NCBI GenBank assembly: GCA_004563595.2
Contig: CP042461.1
Span: 420,001 to 452,000 of the forward strand
DNA: 32,000 nucleotides
Reading direction: 5' to 3'
Source: Candidatus Saccharimonadota bacterium
Lineage (GTDB): Bacteria > Patescibacteriota > Gracilibacteria > BD1-5 > UBA6164
In this document: positions 31,469-32,000 of the stretch, one piece after another
Numbering within the stretch: position 1 is the stretch's first letter
Layout: every line of letters starts with the position of its first letter
Position numbers and translations under genes: made by a program
Notes under the pieces: model-generated
Told to the model about the DNA's origin: nothing
What the model saw: the letters and a program-made list of their open reading frames with translations, nothing else
Database searches by the model: none

Positions 31469-32000
31469 ATGATTTATGATGTTGTAATAGTTTGAGCATG
31501 AGCTGCTGGTTTATTTGCTTGAATAAGTCTTGATAAAAAATTAAAAAAAATAGTTTTAGAAAAAAATGAGAAGCCTTGAATAAAGGTTTTATTATCATGA
31601 TGAGAGAGGGCGAATGTTTCAAATATGGATATTGATCCAGAAAGGGACTATTTTACTCAAAACAAAAAATTTTTACTGAGTATATTTTCAAAGTATACAA
31701 ACTGGGATATTATGAGTTTTTTTTCTGAAAATTGAGTAAGTATAGTGGAGGAAGATAGATCGAGGTTGATTTTAGAAAGCTGAGATAGTAAAGAGTTGCT
31801 CGCTTGTTTATTGAAAAAGGTGAAAGAAAATAATTGTGATGTGAAGTGTGGGGATTGAGTGGAGAAGATAGAAAAAACTCCCCCTGTCCTAAAGGACATC
31901 CCCCTCCATGAGGGGGAACTTTGTTCTTACCCCCCTCATGGAGGGGGGATTAAGGGGGGAGTATTTACCATCACAACATCATCATGACAAAAATATCAAG
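31469..32000 (+). CDS. HI0933/BaiN-like FAD-dependent oxidoreductase (partial; runs off the window end)
   Basis: MIYDVVIVGAGAAGLFAG is a Rossmann GxGxxG motif with two TGA Gly. It continues ..IVLEKNEKPGIKVLLSGGERANVSN... The frame is open to nt 32000. Confidence 0.85.
31877..31963. repeat. GC-rich nested-palindrome element, copy 2 (87 nt, in frame inside the flavoprotein CDS)
   Basis: actccccctg-tcctaaaggac-atccccctccatgagggggaact, a spacer, then an inverted partial unit ccccctcatggaggggggattaaggggggagt. It translates as TPPVLKDIPLHEGELCSYPPHGGGIKGGV without a stop. Confidence 0.85.

Noticed and set aside
31465-31536. A 23-codon Cys-rich ORF (MYDLGCCNSLSMSCWFICLNKSG) as a possible peptide gene.
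   Set aside because: It overlaps, in another frame, the strongly supported start (Rossmann motif) of the flavoprotein gene. It has no independent ribosome-binding site or conservation evidence.
1-32000. Alternative explanations for the broken ORFs: TGA=Trp (table 4), or a pseudogene-rich decaying genome.
   Set aside because: TGA aligns with invariant Gly (GGEEL, Walker A, Rossmann, HK G-boxes, ThrRS HRxxG), not with Trp, and TGG is still used. No frameshifts are needed, and only TAA/TAG terminate the joined ORFs.

Overview
AT-rich 32-kb window from a bacterium that reads TGA as glycine (translation table 25), which points to a Gracilibacteria/Absconditabacteria-type CPR lineage. The supplied six-frame track uses the standard code, so it splits almost every gene. 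I retranslated by hand with TGA=Gly and checked each frame for TAA/TAG. On that reading the window is densely coding: about 31 CDS, 1 tRNA(CAU) and 2 pseudogene-like fragments. Gene content in order: GGDEF diguanylate cyclase (partial); three small ORFans; a heptad-repeat coiled-coil protein; an operon of OmpR-type regulator, histidine kinase, ApbE flavin transferase and P-loop kinase; a secreted coiled-coil protein; two large ORFans behind a perfect sigma70 promoter; tRNA(CAU); a 1102-aa lipoprotein with a polymorphic-toxin-like C-terminus, followed by a cognate and an orphan 'toxin tip + immunity' cassette; a cadherin-like lipoprotein; a 729-aa prepilin-LamG fusion; a five-gene operon with two PLP enzymes and a membrane desaturase-like protein; thrS; a 525-aa prepilin-FISUMP fusion; an LRR lipoprotein; a Phd/RelE module whose toxin carries an in-frame TAA; and a partial HI0933/BaiN-type flavoprotein. 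Most interesting observations: (1) the toxin/immunity/orphan array beside the tRNA; (2) a 17-codon leader ORF with 5 Thr codons and competing antiterminator/terminator hairpins upstream of thrS; (3) a GC-rich nested-palindrome element in two copies, one in the thrS 5' UTR and one inserted in frame (87 nt, no stop) in the flavoprotein gene, similar in behaviour to Rickettsia palindromic elements; (4) the recoding itself. All functional calls rest on motifs read by eye. No database search was run.
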